From the NCBI GenBank assembly GCA_021844425.1, contig JAKBTL010000042.1, positions 2,133-66,132 of the forward strand: a DNA stretch of 64,000 nucleotides, written 5' to 3'. Both the position numbers and the translations under genes were made by a program. Origin of the DNA: Actinomycetes bacterium. GTDB taxonomy: Bacteria; Actinomycetota; Acidimicrobiia; Acidimicrobiales; RAAP-2. Positions 45,104 through 53,379 of this stretch are shown piece by piece; position 1 is the first letter of the stretch; each line of letters opens with the position of its first letter. Below the pieces are notes generated by a model. It ran no database searches. It saw only the letters and a list, made by a program, of their open reading frames with translations, and was not told the origin of the DNA.

Positions 45104-47032
45104 TCAGGGCGGGGTCGCACCGGCGAGCTTCCAGACCCATGCCCGAAGGGTTCGGCGCGGCGGCCTCCCGATCGCGCGGGTGAGCAGGCGGAGCGCGAGC
45201 TGAGGGTCGCGCCCTTTTTCGACGACCACGACGACGTCCACGCGCCAGCGTGCGAGCGCGGCCCGCAACGCGTCGACCTCAGGGGCTCGGGCCGCGGGCA
45301 GGCGCCCGTCGGCTCGGGCGGTGAGCGGGGCGAGGAGGTCGTAGGGGGAGGACAAAGGACGGTCCGAGAGCGGCCGTCCGCCGTGGCCCGGCTCCTTCAC
45401 GTAGCCGCCTGCGAGGCGGAACTGCATCCCGTCGACGGCCTGCCACACCATCGGGGCCGAGCTGCCGTCGAGGGGGAAGGGAAACGGGTAGGACAAGACG
45501 ATCGTCTGCGGCGGGAGCCGAGGGGCTGCCACGCGGAACCATTCGGGCGCGGCGACAGCCCGGGTCTCGAACGGCACCTGGTAGGTCCGCCACGTCGATC
45601 CCACCGCTGCGGCGGACAGGATGATGACCGCCGCGACGGTGCACCAGGATCCGGCGCGGCGGCCCACGAACGGCGCGCGCCGCACGGAGTCGATGCCGAC
45701 GCAGATCACGAGGGCGAGGCACAAGTCGATGACCGCGCTGAAGCGCTGCGGGATCACGTCGTCGAGAAGGGGCCACGTGCCGAGGATCCGCCATGGGGCC
45801 CAGAGGTTCAGTGCGTGCCCAGGCGTCCACCAGACGAGGGCCCCGAGCGAGCACACGGCAGCGAGCACCGCCCCGAGCGCGAGCACCCATGCGCTCCGCC
45901 TGCGCCGCGCAGCGACGAGCGACGCGCCTCCGAGCGCGAGCAGCACGGGCCCGAGGTACGAGGACGGCGGTCCCGCTTGGCCTTCGTAGCCTCCGAACCG
46001 AAGGAGTGTGCCCGCAGCCGCCCTGTAGCGGCCGGCATCCCACAGCGCCGACACGGGATTGCCCTCGGCAGGGGCCCCGGGCCACAGCGGGCCGTGCAGG
46101 TGCTGAGGGCCCCACACGAAGAGCCACATCGGGAAGGCGAGGAGGCCGAGCGCGACCAGCCCGGCCGCCGCCAGCGCCCGGGCGAGCTCCGAGACGGAGC
46201 CGAGCGAGCGGCGGCCAACCACCGCGGCCACGAGCGCGCAGGGCGCGCCCACGACCACCGCGATCGCGAGCACCTCGCTCGAGATGAGGAACTGGAGGCC
46301 GAGAAGCGCCCCGAGGGCGACGCCCCAGCGCACGCGGCGCTCCGGGGCACCGAAGAGCACGTGACGCGTGGCGACCAGCAGCAGGGGAGGGACGACGAGG
46401 AGGGCCAGGCCGGCGTGGCCCATTGCGAGGTTGGTGACCACGAAGGGCGAGTAGGCGAACACGAGCCCCGCAAGCAACGCAGCCGGCTGCCAGCTGACCA
46501 GGCTGCGGGCAGCGACCCAGCACGACCATCCGCTGAGCGCCGGGCAGAGCGTGAGGGCGACGTTGGTGGCGGCGATCGGCCCGGCGGTGAGCGTGAGCGG
46601 CGCGACGAGGACGCCGATCGGAACCGCGCTGGCGTTGGCGAGCAGGTTCACTCCGTAGGGTGCTTGCACTGCTCCTGAATAGAATGGATCCAGACCGTGC
46701 GCGAGCGCGTAGGCAGGCCACGCGACGAACCACACGGTCTGTCCTGCGTCGCCGCACGTGCACGTGAGCGTCGAGGAGAGGTGGCCGTCCCACGCGTGCC
46801 ACCACAGGGCGACCCCAGGGAGCGCGAACGCCGCGACGACGAGCACGTGGACGCCGATCGCACGCAGCGCGTCGGTCACACGGCCGGCGCCCGTCGAAGC
46901 CCGTAGCAAGGCGCCCGGCTGGACGCCTGTCGAAGCCCGTAGCAAGGTGCCCGGCGACCCGTGCGGCGACCCATTCGGCGACCCATGCGAAGAGGACACC
47001 GCAAGAGCGTCTCCGACCGCATGCGTGCGCAT
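45104..47032 (-). CDS. Large polytopic membrane protein with a C-terminal extracytoplasmic domain (possible GT-C-type glycosyltransferase)
   Basis: 642-aa ORF with many TM stretches, then a soluble about 170-aa C-terminus. The N-terminal about 50 aa are repeat-derived, so the start is uncertain. The functional call is weak. Confidence 0.6.
   Translation of the reverse strand: MRTHAVGDALAVSSSHGSPNGSPHGSPGTLLRASTGVQPGALLRASTGAGRVTDALRAIGVHVLVVAAFALPGVALWWHAWDGHLSSTLTCTCGDAGQTVWFVAWPAYALAHGLDPFYSGAVQAPYGVNLLANASAVPIGVLVAPLTLTAGPIAATNVALTLCPALSGWSCWVAARSLVSWQPAALLAGLVFAYSPFVVTNLAMGHAGLALLVVPPLLLVATRHVLFGAPERRVRWGVALGALLGLQFLISSEVLAIAVVVGAPCALVAAVVGRRSLGSVSELARALAAAGLVALGLLAFPMWLFVWGPQHLHGPLWPGAPAEGNPVSALWDAGRYRAAAGTLLRFGGYEGQAGPPSSYLGPVLLALGGASLVAARRRRSAWVLALGAVLAAVCSLGALVWWTPGHALNLWAPWRILGTWPLLDDVIPQRFSAVIDLCLALVICVGIDSVRRAPFVGRRAGSWCTVAAVIILSAAAVGSTWRTYQVPFETRAVAAPEWFRVAAPRLPPQTIVLSYPFPFPLDGSSAPMVWQAVDGMQFRLAGGYVKEPGHGGRPLSDRPLSSPYDLLAPLTARADGRLPAARAPEVDALRAALARWRVDVVVVVEKGRDPQLALRLLTRAIGRPPRRTLRAWVWKLAGATPP
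46889..46990. repeat. 36-bp repeat x2 followed by 12-bp repeat x3 (LLRASTG x2; GSP(N/H) x3) at the 5' end of the membrane protein gene
   Basis: gtcgaagcccgtagcaagg recurs at 46893 and 46929. ggcgaccc-atkc units lie at 46953-46990. Confidence 0.85.
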
Positions 47033-47077
47033 GTCCCATCTTGCGCCGCGAGGTGCTCTCGGGGCGAGAGACGCGGC

Positions 47078-47124
47078 GTCGTGTGCCGGCTCCGGCGGCC
47101 TCGTCGTGTGCCGGCTCCGGCGGC
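47078..47124. repeat. 25-bp direct repeat x2 (gtcgtgtgccggctccggcggc)
   Basis: Read directly. Intergenic. Confidence 0.9.
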
Positions 47125-47235
47125 GTCGGGGAGCCCGGCCGGATGGCCGCGTCTGGACCCTCTAGGGCCCAGGCGACGGGCCGTCACATTCTGACATAAT
47201 GGCCCTTATCGGCGGTTTCGAGAGATCGCTCCGAG

Positions 47236-47320
47236 CTCCTCCGGGGCCTGCTCCTCCGGGGCCTGCTCCTCCGGGGCCTGCTCCGCCGGGGCCTGCTCCT
47301 CCGGGGCCTGCTCCGGCGGG
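47236..47320. repeat. 15-bp tandem repeat, about 5.5 copies (ctcctccggggcctg)
   Basis: Read directly. Intergenic, upstream of ppa. Confidence 0.95.
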
Positions 47321-47327
47321 CTTCGGC

Positions 47328-47437
47328 GGGCGGGCCTCTGCCGCCGGGCCTCCCCGGGCGGGCCTCTGCCGCCGGGCCTCCCCGGGCGGGCCTCTGCCGT
47401 CGGGCCTCCCCGGGCGGGCCTCTGCCGTTGGGCCTCC
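47328..47437. repeat. 28-bp tandem repeat, about 3.9 copies (gggcgggcctctgccgccgggcctcccc)
   Basis: Read directly. Intergenic; ends about 50 nt before the ppa start. Confidence 0.95.
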
Positions 47438-47485
47438 TTTCCAGCCCGCTCGAGGTGTGCGCCCCGGCGGGCGACGGGGAAAGAT

Positions 47486-48007
47486 GTGGAGGTGGCTACA
47501 GGCGGAACGAGTGAAGACGTCGTCGACGTGATCGTGGAGATCCCAGCGGGCAGCAGGAACAAGTACGAGTACGACCACGATCGGCACCTGATCCGTCTCG
47601 ACCGCAGGCTCGCGACCGCGACGAGCTACCCGACGGACTACGGCTTCGTGCCTGACACGCTGGCGCTCGACGGTGATCCGCTGGACGCGCTGGTGATCCT
47701 CGACGACCCGACCTTCCCGGGCTGCCTGGTGCGCGTCCGGGTCATCGGTGTCTTCCAGATGCGCGACGAGAAAGGAATGGACGCGAAGCTGCTGACCGTG
47801 CTCGAGCACGACCCGATCCGCGCCGACACCACCGACGTCTCGGACTTGGCACCCCAGTTGCTGGATGAGATCGCGCACTTCTTCAGCGTGTACAAGGCGC
47901 TGGAGCCTGGGAAGGAGACCCAGACGATGGGGTTCTTGGGGCGGGAGGCGGCGCTCGAGGAGCTGCGAGTGTCTCGTGAGCGGTTTCGCCGCCAGGCGGC
48001 GCACTGA
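47486..48007 (+). CDS. ppa: Inorganic pyrophosphatase (family I)
   Basis: VEIPAGSRNKYEYD, YPTDYGFVP.T...DGDPLDALV. Confidence 0.92.
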   Translation: MEVATGGTSEDVVDVIVEIPAGSRNKYEYDHDRHLIRLDRRLATATSYPTDYGFVPDTLALDGDPLDALVILDDPTFPGCLVRVRVIGVFQMRDEKGMDAKLLTVLEHDPIRADTTDVSDLAPQLLDEIAHFFSVYKALEPGKETQTMGFLGREAALEELRVSRERFRRQAAH

Positions 48008-48081
48008 GTTGCGGGGCGGCTCCTCGGACGCGGACGTGTGCAGCACGCGCCTCGTCGTAGAAGCGGTAGCGTGACCGCCGC

Positions 48082-49446
48082 ATGCCGCGCCGTATCGAGA
48101 TCGAACTGACGAGCCGGACCGGCGACGGGGTGTTCACCTGGCGTGCGGCCGGGGCGAAGCAACCCAAGGGCACCGTGGCCACGAACCTCGTCCCCGATGG
48201 CGTCGGGGTCGGCGACGTGGTGCGTGCGGAGGTGGAGACCGGCCTCGAGGGCCTCGAGATCGTGGCTGTGCTCCCCCGCCACGACAAGACCGAGGAGCGA
48301 CCGACCAACCGCATCGAGCTCCTCACCGCCGAGCGCCGCGGCCCCGACGTGGTGGTGAGCTACGCAGGAGGACGCCCGCGCCGGGACGACGCGGCGCGGT
48401 CTGCAGGGCGTGCGCCCCGCGGCGGTCGTCCGCCGTCAGGCGCGTCGAGGGCACCCAGGGAGGGTCGCGCACGGCGAGAGCACGCGGAAGAAGGCGGCAC
48501 GCATGCAGGCCCGAGGCCGGAGGGACGCAGGACGCAGGCGGGTGGGCAGGAGCGCGTCGAGCGGCGCAGGACGCAGGCGGGTGGGCAGGAGCGCGTCGAG
48601 GGACGCAGGACGCAGGCGGGTGGGCAGGAGCGCGTCGAGCGGCGCAGGGAGCGCCGACCGGCGATCTCGACCGCGCACCGCAACGCGATGCTGGCGAAGC
48701 TCGGCCCCCAAGAGCTCCCGATCGCCGAACAGCTGCTTCGTGGAGGCATCCCTGCGGTACGCCAGGCGCTCGAAGACCAGCACGCCGCACGCCCGGGCGA
48801 CGCCGCGACCGCGGCGAACCGCGATGCGGTCCTCGCGCTCGCCGAGCAGCTCCTGCCGCGGGTCAACCTCGCGAATTGGAAGGACCGTGCGGCGTCTGCG
48901 CAGGCGGCGGGCAAGGAGCTCCGACTGCGCGAGCTGCGAGCGGTGGTGACCGCTGCGCGAGCCGTGACCCTCGACGACGAGGCTCGGGCGATGTCTCGCG
49001 CCCTTCAGGAGTCCTTGGACCAGCGCGTGCGCTTGCTCAGCGAGGAGTGGGTCGGACGGGTCACGAAGGCGCTCGACGACGGCCGCGTGGTCGACGCGGT
49101 GCGCGCCGCCGCCCGGCCGCCCGAGCCCTCGACGCGCCTTCCTGCAGAGCTCGCGGTCCGCCTCGCCGAGGCGGCCAGCGAGGCCATGACCGCGGAGACC
49201 CCGCTTGCCCAGTGGATCACCCTGCTCGAGGCGGTCGTCGAGTCGCCGGTGCGCCGCAACGTGAAGCCTCGCGGCATCCCCGCGGACGAGCAGGCGAAGG
49301 ACGCCGCGCGCCGCGCTGCGGGCCTCGTGCCCGAGCTGGCGAAGCTGCTCGGGCTGCGGATCCCCCCTCCCCCGCCGCGCCGCCCGGCGCTGCGAGGCCC
49401 GAGCCTCATGGCAGCCGGCGGCGCAGGACCAGCAAGCGCGCGCTGA
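48082..49446 (+). CDS. Hypothetical protein (structured N-terminal about 70 aa, Arg-rich repeat linker, helical C-terminal domain)
   Basis: 454-aa ORF with coding-like N- and C-terminal parts. No family recognised. Confidence 0.55.
   Translation: MPRRIEIELTSRTGDGVFTWRAAGAKQPKGTVATNLVPDGVGVGDVVRAEVETGLEGLEIVAVLPRHDKTEERPTNRIELLTAERRGPDVVVSYAGGRPRRDDAARSAGRAPRGGRPPSGASRAPREGRARREHAEEGGTHAGPRPEGRRTQAGGQERVERRRTQAGGQERVEGRRTQAGGQERVERRRERRPAISTAHRNAMLAKLGPQELPIAEQLLRGGIPAVRQALEDQHAARPGDAATAANRDAVLALAEQLLPRVNLANWKDRAASAQAAGKELRLRELRAVVTAARAVTLDDEARAMSRALQESLDQRVRLLSEEWVGRVTKALDDGRVVDAVRAAARPPEPSTRLPAELAVRLAEAASEAMTAETPLAQWITLLEAVVESPVRRNVKPRGIPADEQAKDAARRAAGLVPELAKLLGLRIPPPPPRRPALRGPSLMAAGGAGPASAR
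48524..48648. repeat. 39-bp tandem repeat, about 3.2 copies (RRTQAGGQERVER units)
   Basis: Copies start at 48529, 48568 and 48607. In-frame. Confidence 0.9.
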
Positions 49447-49882
49447 GGCCCTGCGACTCGAAGAGCTGCTTGGTCTCGCGGTCACCGGGGAGCGCGGGCG
49501 CGTCGATCGCGACGCACGCGGCCGCCGTGAACCAGTCGACGAGGGCCTGGGCCAGCGCAGTGCCCACTCCCACTCCGCGGGCGGCCGCCTCCACGTAGCA
49601 GCAGTCGACCACGCCGACGCGCTCGCCGGCGTGCCGTGTCACGTGCCCCGCGCCGACGCCGACGGCGACTTGGTCGATCGTGCCCACGAGGAGCACCCGA
49701 TCGCCGCCGCTCCAGTGCTGCGTGAGCCACTGCTCGGTGATCTGGTCAGGCGCGGCAGGCAGCAGCCACACTGCAAGAAGCTCGGGGCCGCCGCGCAACG
49801 TCGTCGCACGGTCCCTCGCTTCTTCGAGGAGGCGGGCGCATGTCGAGAGCTCCTCGGGTCGCGCGGGACGGGCTCCCTCCAT
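49406..49882 (-). CDS. GNAT-family N-acetyltransferase
   Basis: 158 aa. Acetyl-CoA-binding-like V....RG.GVG.AL (YVEAAARGVGVGTALAQAL). Overlaps the convergent gene by 41 nt. Confidence 0.65.
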   Translation of the reverse strand: MEGARPARPEELSTCARLLEEARDRATTLRGGPELLAVWLLPAAPDQITEQWLTQHWSGGDRVLLVGTIDQVAVGVGAGHVTRHAGERVGVVDCCYVEAAARGVGVGTALAQALVDWFTAAACVAIDAPALPGDRETKQLFESQGLSARLLVLRRRLP

Positions 49883-49896
49883 GGCCGCGTCGATCC

Positions 49897-50730
49897 TCAG
49901 TCAGTGCTGCCGGTGTCCGTCGGCCTGTCACGCTCGCTGCCGGGTTGCCCGAGTAGCTCCTCGGCGCGCTGGACGATGGCGCGCCGGGCACGGGTGGCCT
50001 GCTCATGGCGCAGCACGACGCGCAGCTCGTCGTGGTCGAGCCCGTCGAGGCGACGGACGACCTGGGAAGCCGCCAGGATGTCGTAGTCGGGGATCGCCCG
50101 GTCGACCTCAGGGTCCCGAGGGGGCGCCGTGCCGTGCCGCTCCGCCCCCGGACGGGAGGTCCCCGGACGGGAGGTCCCTGGACGGGACTGATTCCGACGA
50201 GGCCGCTCTCGATGGGACTCTTCTCGATGTACGGACGTGACTGGACGCGAGTTCTCTGCAGGTGTGCGCGTGCCGGCGGCCCGCTCCCCCCTTCGCGACT
50301 GCTCCTTCGAGGCGGTCGCGCTGCGAGCCTCGCGAGCCTCGTGGGCCTCGCGAGCCTCGTGGGCCGCTCGAGCCTCGTGGGCCGCTCGAGCCTCGCGGAC
50401 CCCGCGGTCCGCTCGAGCCTCGCGGGCGAGGGACTCGATCTGCCATTTCAGCTGGCGCCATCCGAGATCTACGGCGAAGCGACCCACGAACTGCGCATTG
50501 CGGAGCTCTTGGTCGACGCGCGTCCGGCCCTTGGCCACCGCCTCGGAGGTGTCCTCCATCGCCGTGAGGAGCACGCCGGCGGGCAGGTACACGAAGAGGT
50601 CGAGCACCCGCTCAGTGACCGAGCGACTGCCGTCTCCTCGTCCACCCGACTGCTCGGTCGGCTCGGACGGCTCGGTCGGCTCGGTCGGCTCGGTCGGCTC
50701 GGACGGCTCGGACGGCTCAGACACAGTCAC
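49897..50730 (-). CDS. Hypothetical protein, repeat-rich, with a conserved-looking C-terminal helical domain (IPDYDILAASQVVRRLDGL...)
   Basis: 277-aa ORF. GTG 50730 overlaps the end of the DUF4193 gene by 14 nt. Contains three separate repeat arrays. Confidence 0.5.
   Translation of the reverse strand: MTVSEPSEPSEPTEPTEPTEPSEPTEQSGGRGDGSRSVTERVLDLFVYLPAGVLLTAMEDTSEAVAKGRTRVDQELRNAQFVGRFAVDLGWRQLKWQIESLAREARADRGVREARAAHEARAAHEAREAHEAREARSATASKEQSRRGERAAGTRTPAENSRPVTSVHREESHRERPRRNQSRPGTSRPGTSRPGAERHGTAPPRDPEVDRAIPDYDILAASQVVRRLDGLDHDELRVVLRHEQATRARRAIVQRAEELLGQPGSERDRPTDTGSTD
50146..50187. repeat. 15-bp tandem repeat, about 2.8 copies (SRPGT units)
   Basis: Read directly. In-frame. Confidence 0.85.
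50323..50430. repeat. 9/18-bp tandem repeats (EARAAH/EAREAH units)
   Basis: Read directly. In-frame. Confidence 0.8.
50652..50718. repeat. 9-bp tandem repeat, about 7.4 copies (gctcggtcg/gctcggacg; SEP/TEP units)
   Basis: Read directly. In-frame at the N-terminus of 49897..50730. Confidence 0.9.
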
Positions 50731-51217
50731 GGCACAGCATCAGCGTCTTGTCCGCGAGCTGGCTCGGGTGCTTCACGAGGAAGCAGGAGCGGCACACGAA
50801 TTCGTCGGGCTGCTTCGGCAGGACCCTCTCGCCAGCCTCGGTGCGGTCCTCGACGTCGCTCCCCTCCTCGTCGTCGTCCGGCTCGTCGTCGACGACGACG
50901 AGCCGCTCCTTCAAGATGACGTCGAGGCTAGCCTCCACGTCCTCCTCGTCGATGTCGTCCTCGTCCTCGTCTTCCAGCTCTGCCTCATCGGCGGATCGCT
51001 CCGCCGCGCCGGTCGGTCCCGCCTCCTCCTCCTCCTCTTCTTCCTCCTCTTCGTCGACATCCTCGTCGAGCTCGTCGTCGAGGTCCTCGTCGAGGTCCTC
51101 CACGAGCTCGTCGTCGAGCTCGTCCGCGCCGGTCTCGTCGATCTCGTCGATCTCGAGCTCGTCGTCCAGCCCGTCGAGGTCGTCAGGGATGGTGACGTCG
51201 TCAAGGTCGTCTGCCAT
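50717..51217 (-). CDS. DUF4193 family protein (highly acidic, C-terminal CxxC...CxxC zinc-ribbon)
   Basis: 166 aa. Long D/E tracts. C-terminus FVCRSCFLVKHPSQLAD...LCRDCV is typical of DUF4193. Confidence 0.8.
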   Translation of the reverse strand: MADDLDDVTIPDDLDGLDDELEIDEIDETGADELDDELVEDLDEDLDDELDEDVDEEEEEEEEEEAGPTGAAERSADEAELEDEDEDDIDEEDVEASLDVILKERLVVVDDEPDDDEEGSDVEDRTEAGERVLPKQPDEFVCRSCFLVKHPSQLADKTLMLCRDCV

Positions 51218-51247
51218 GGCCGCCTTTCGCCGCGAATGTGACGCGGC

Positions 51248-51275
51248 AGCATAGACGTTGGTCCCGCGCGATCAA
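51248..51275 (-). promoter_or_regulatory. Candidate sigma-70-type promoter for the DUF4193 gene (TTGATC-16 nt-TATGCT)
   Basis: On the minus strand, the -35 is at 51275-51270 and the -10 at 51253-51248, about 30 nt upstream of ATG 51217. AAAGG lies before the start. Confidence 0.3.
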
Positions 51276-51565
51276 GCAACGCGGAGCGGCTCGGAGGAGC
51301 GGCTCTCACCAGGGAAAACCTGACCCAGGTCGTGCTCAGGCGGCCGGGCCCGGGAGCCTTTGGGGCCGTCTCGTCGCCGATGGGGCCGTCCCCCCATGGA
51401 CAAGACGTTCTCTACTCGACCCCCTGGGCCTCGCTCCGCCTCTCACAGCATCCCCCCCGTCGCGGGCCTGGGCTCTGGCCAGCCTCGTCGCGGCGTCTGG
51501 GACTGCGCAGCACACTAGACAGTTCTCAGGTCGCGCTCAAGGGGTTTCATCGCGCCTGGTCAGGG

Positions 51566-53335
51566 TCACGCGAAACCGTCGGATCGCGCGACCCGCGAGC
51601 GCCTGGCCTCCGCCTGCCGCTCGGCGTCGAGACGCTCGAGGCCTGCAGGCGATCGGTCGAGGTGCACCATCGCCTCGGCGATGAGCCGGTGCCCCGCTTC
51701 CTCGGCGATGAGCCTGTGCATCTCCTGCGCGACGCTCCGGTAGGAGGGATGTCCCTGCGTCCCGGACCGCAGCTCGATGACATGCATTGCTTCGCGCGCG
51801 TTCATCTGCATCACGTAGCGCACCCGAAAGGCCAACGCGACCGCGTACTGCGCCTGCGCGGGGAACACCGGCGCAAGCGCGTCGTAGAGGGCGTGCGACC
51901 GCTCCATCGTCTCGGTGAAGGCTCGGGCCTCGCCCGCCTCGACGATCAGGTCGGGGACGTCGTAGCCCAGCCCGGTCGAGAGCGGCTGCCAGTCGACCGT
52001 GAGGATCCGATGACGCTGGAGGTCCCGGAACGCGCCGTAGTCGGTGACGATCTCGAAGCGGTACCCGGTCCGCTCGAAGGCGCGGCCGGGGCGGTGCCGG
52101 CGGTTCTTGCGCTCGCCGACGTAGGCCTCGAACAGCGCTCGCCGGTCCTCGGCGGACAGCGCGCGCACGCGCGCCAGCGCCTCGAGCTCTGAGACGGCGC
52201 CGTGGGGGAAGCAGATGGCCGCGAGCACTTTGTCCTCGGCATCCGAGTCGAAGTCGAGGAGCCGCACCTGCGGCCCGCCGTCCTCGGGTGCGCCGCCGCT
52301 ACCGGCCATCCCGGTGTCCTCGGCCATGCCGCCGTCCTCGGCCATGCCGGTGTCCTCGGCCATGCCGGTGTCCTCGGGTGCGCCGCCCCCGCCGGTTCGA
52401 CCGCCCACCACGATCGTGCCGCGGCCACCGGCGCGTTCCGACCACAGCCGCTCGACGACGCGGGCCGTGTCCTCGCGGGTAGCCGCCAGGTACGCGGCCC
52501 AATCGCCGCCGCGATCGGGGATGTCCACGCGCTGGAGGAAGGAGGGGATGACCTTGCGCAGCTCGGTCAGCATCATCGCCCCGTAGGCGCGCACCTCGGG
52601 GAGCGGGTGAGCCGCCATCCGCAGGAGGAGCCCCTCGTACGCCTGCCCGTCGCCATAGATGCCGACGTTCGAGAGGGACGCCGCGGGCAGGAGCCCGCGC
52701 GCCGCGTCGAGCGCCTTCGCCTTGATCGCCTGGCGGTGGACGAAGTCCGAGTCGCCTGGCTGGCGCGGGTAGCGCGTGCTCAGCCACGCGACGAGACGCA
52801 GGAGGAGGGCGCCGTAGCCGTCGAACATGCGGTCCATGTCCCCGACGTAGCGGGCGCCGAGGGGCGACTCGAGGATCTCGGGGGGACGGTGGTAGCGGTA
52901 GTGGCCGCTCGGCAGGCGCTGGTCGTAGGCGATGTAGCGCGTCGACTGCTCGAGGTACGACATGAGCCGTCCCCGCTCGAGCACCTTGGTGAGGACGTTC
53001 GACGACTGCTCGCAGGCGAGGTGGACCCCGCCGAGCTGCGCGACCGAGTCGTCGCCGTACTCGAAGAAGACCCGCTGGTACAGCTTCTCCGCGCGTCGCA
53101 AGCCGACCGTGGCGTCGATGGTCGCGTCGCCCGTGACGTCGAGCTCTCCTACGAACTCGTCGAGGAATAGGCGCCGCAGGCTCTTGGCGGAGCGCGAGTA
53201 GCGGGCGAACAGGGCGCCCTTCACGACCTCGGGAAGGTTCACTAGCGCAAAGACCGGCAGGTCGAGGTTCGTCACGTAGCGGCGGAGCACCGCTTGCTCG
53301 TCTTGGGTGAACTCCTCGGGGATGTAGGGCGCCAT
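51566..53335 (-). CDS. thyX: FAD-dependent thymidylate synthase, double-length (two ThyX-like halves)
   Basis: ATG 53335 (MAPYIPEEF) lies in frame inside track ORF 51566..53608. N-half LFARYSRS. C-half FRDLQRHR and REAMHVIELRS. 589 aa, versus roughly 230-250 aa for canonical ThyX. Confidence 0.8.
   Translation of the reverse strand: MAPYIPEEFTQDEQAVLRRYVTNLDLPVFALVNLPEVVKGALFARYSRSAKSLRRLFLDEFVGELDVTGDATIDATVGLRRAEKLYQRVFFEYGDDSVAQLGGVHLACEQSSNVLTKVLERGRLMSYLEQSTRYIAYDQRLPSGHYRYHRPPEILESPLGARYVGDMDRMFDGYGALLLRLVAWLSTRYPRQPGDSDFVHRQAIKAKALDAARGLLPAASLSNVGIYGDGQAYEGLLLRMAAHPLPEVRAYGAMMLTELRKVIPSFLQRVDIPDRGGDWAAYLAATREDTARVVERLWSERAGGRGTIVVGGRTGGGGAPEDTGMAEDTGMAEDGGMAEDTGMAGSGGAPEDGGPQVRLLDFDSDAEDKVLAAICFPHGAVSELEALARVRALSAEDRRALFEAYVGERKNRRHRPGRAFERTGYRFEIVTDYGAFRDLQRHRILTVDWQPLSTGLGYDVPDLIVEAGEARAFTETMERSHALYDALAPVFPAQAQYAVALAFRVRYVMQMNAREAMHVIELRSGTQGHPSYRSVAQEMHRLIAEEAGHRLIAEAMVHLDRSPAGLERLDAERQAEARRSRVARSDGFA
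52280..52387. repeat. 18-bp tandem repeat x4 (ggccatSccgSYgtcctc; EDTGMA units) flanked by an 18-bp direct repeat
   Basis: Read directly. In-frame between the two ThyX halves. Confidence 0.9.
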
Positions 53336-53379
53336 GGCCCGGCCAAGGTTATGCGTCCGCCCCGTCGCGGTGGCGGACC

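Noticed and set aside
47162-48046. Minus-strand ORF covering the ppa upstream arrays and ppa itself
   Set aside because: It is antisense to a clearly homologous ppa, and its N-terminal part is just translated tandem repeats.
51380-51460. 6C RNA-like element (two C-runs)
   Set aside because: The C-runs pair into stems rather than sitting in loops, and the two-hairpin 6C architecture is not reproduced. It is kept only as part of the generic 'unassigned spacer' finding.
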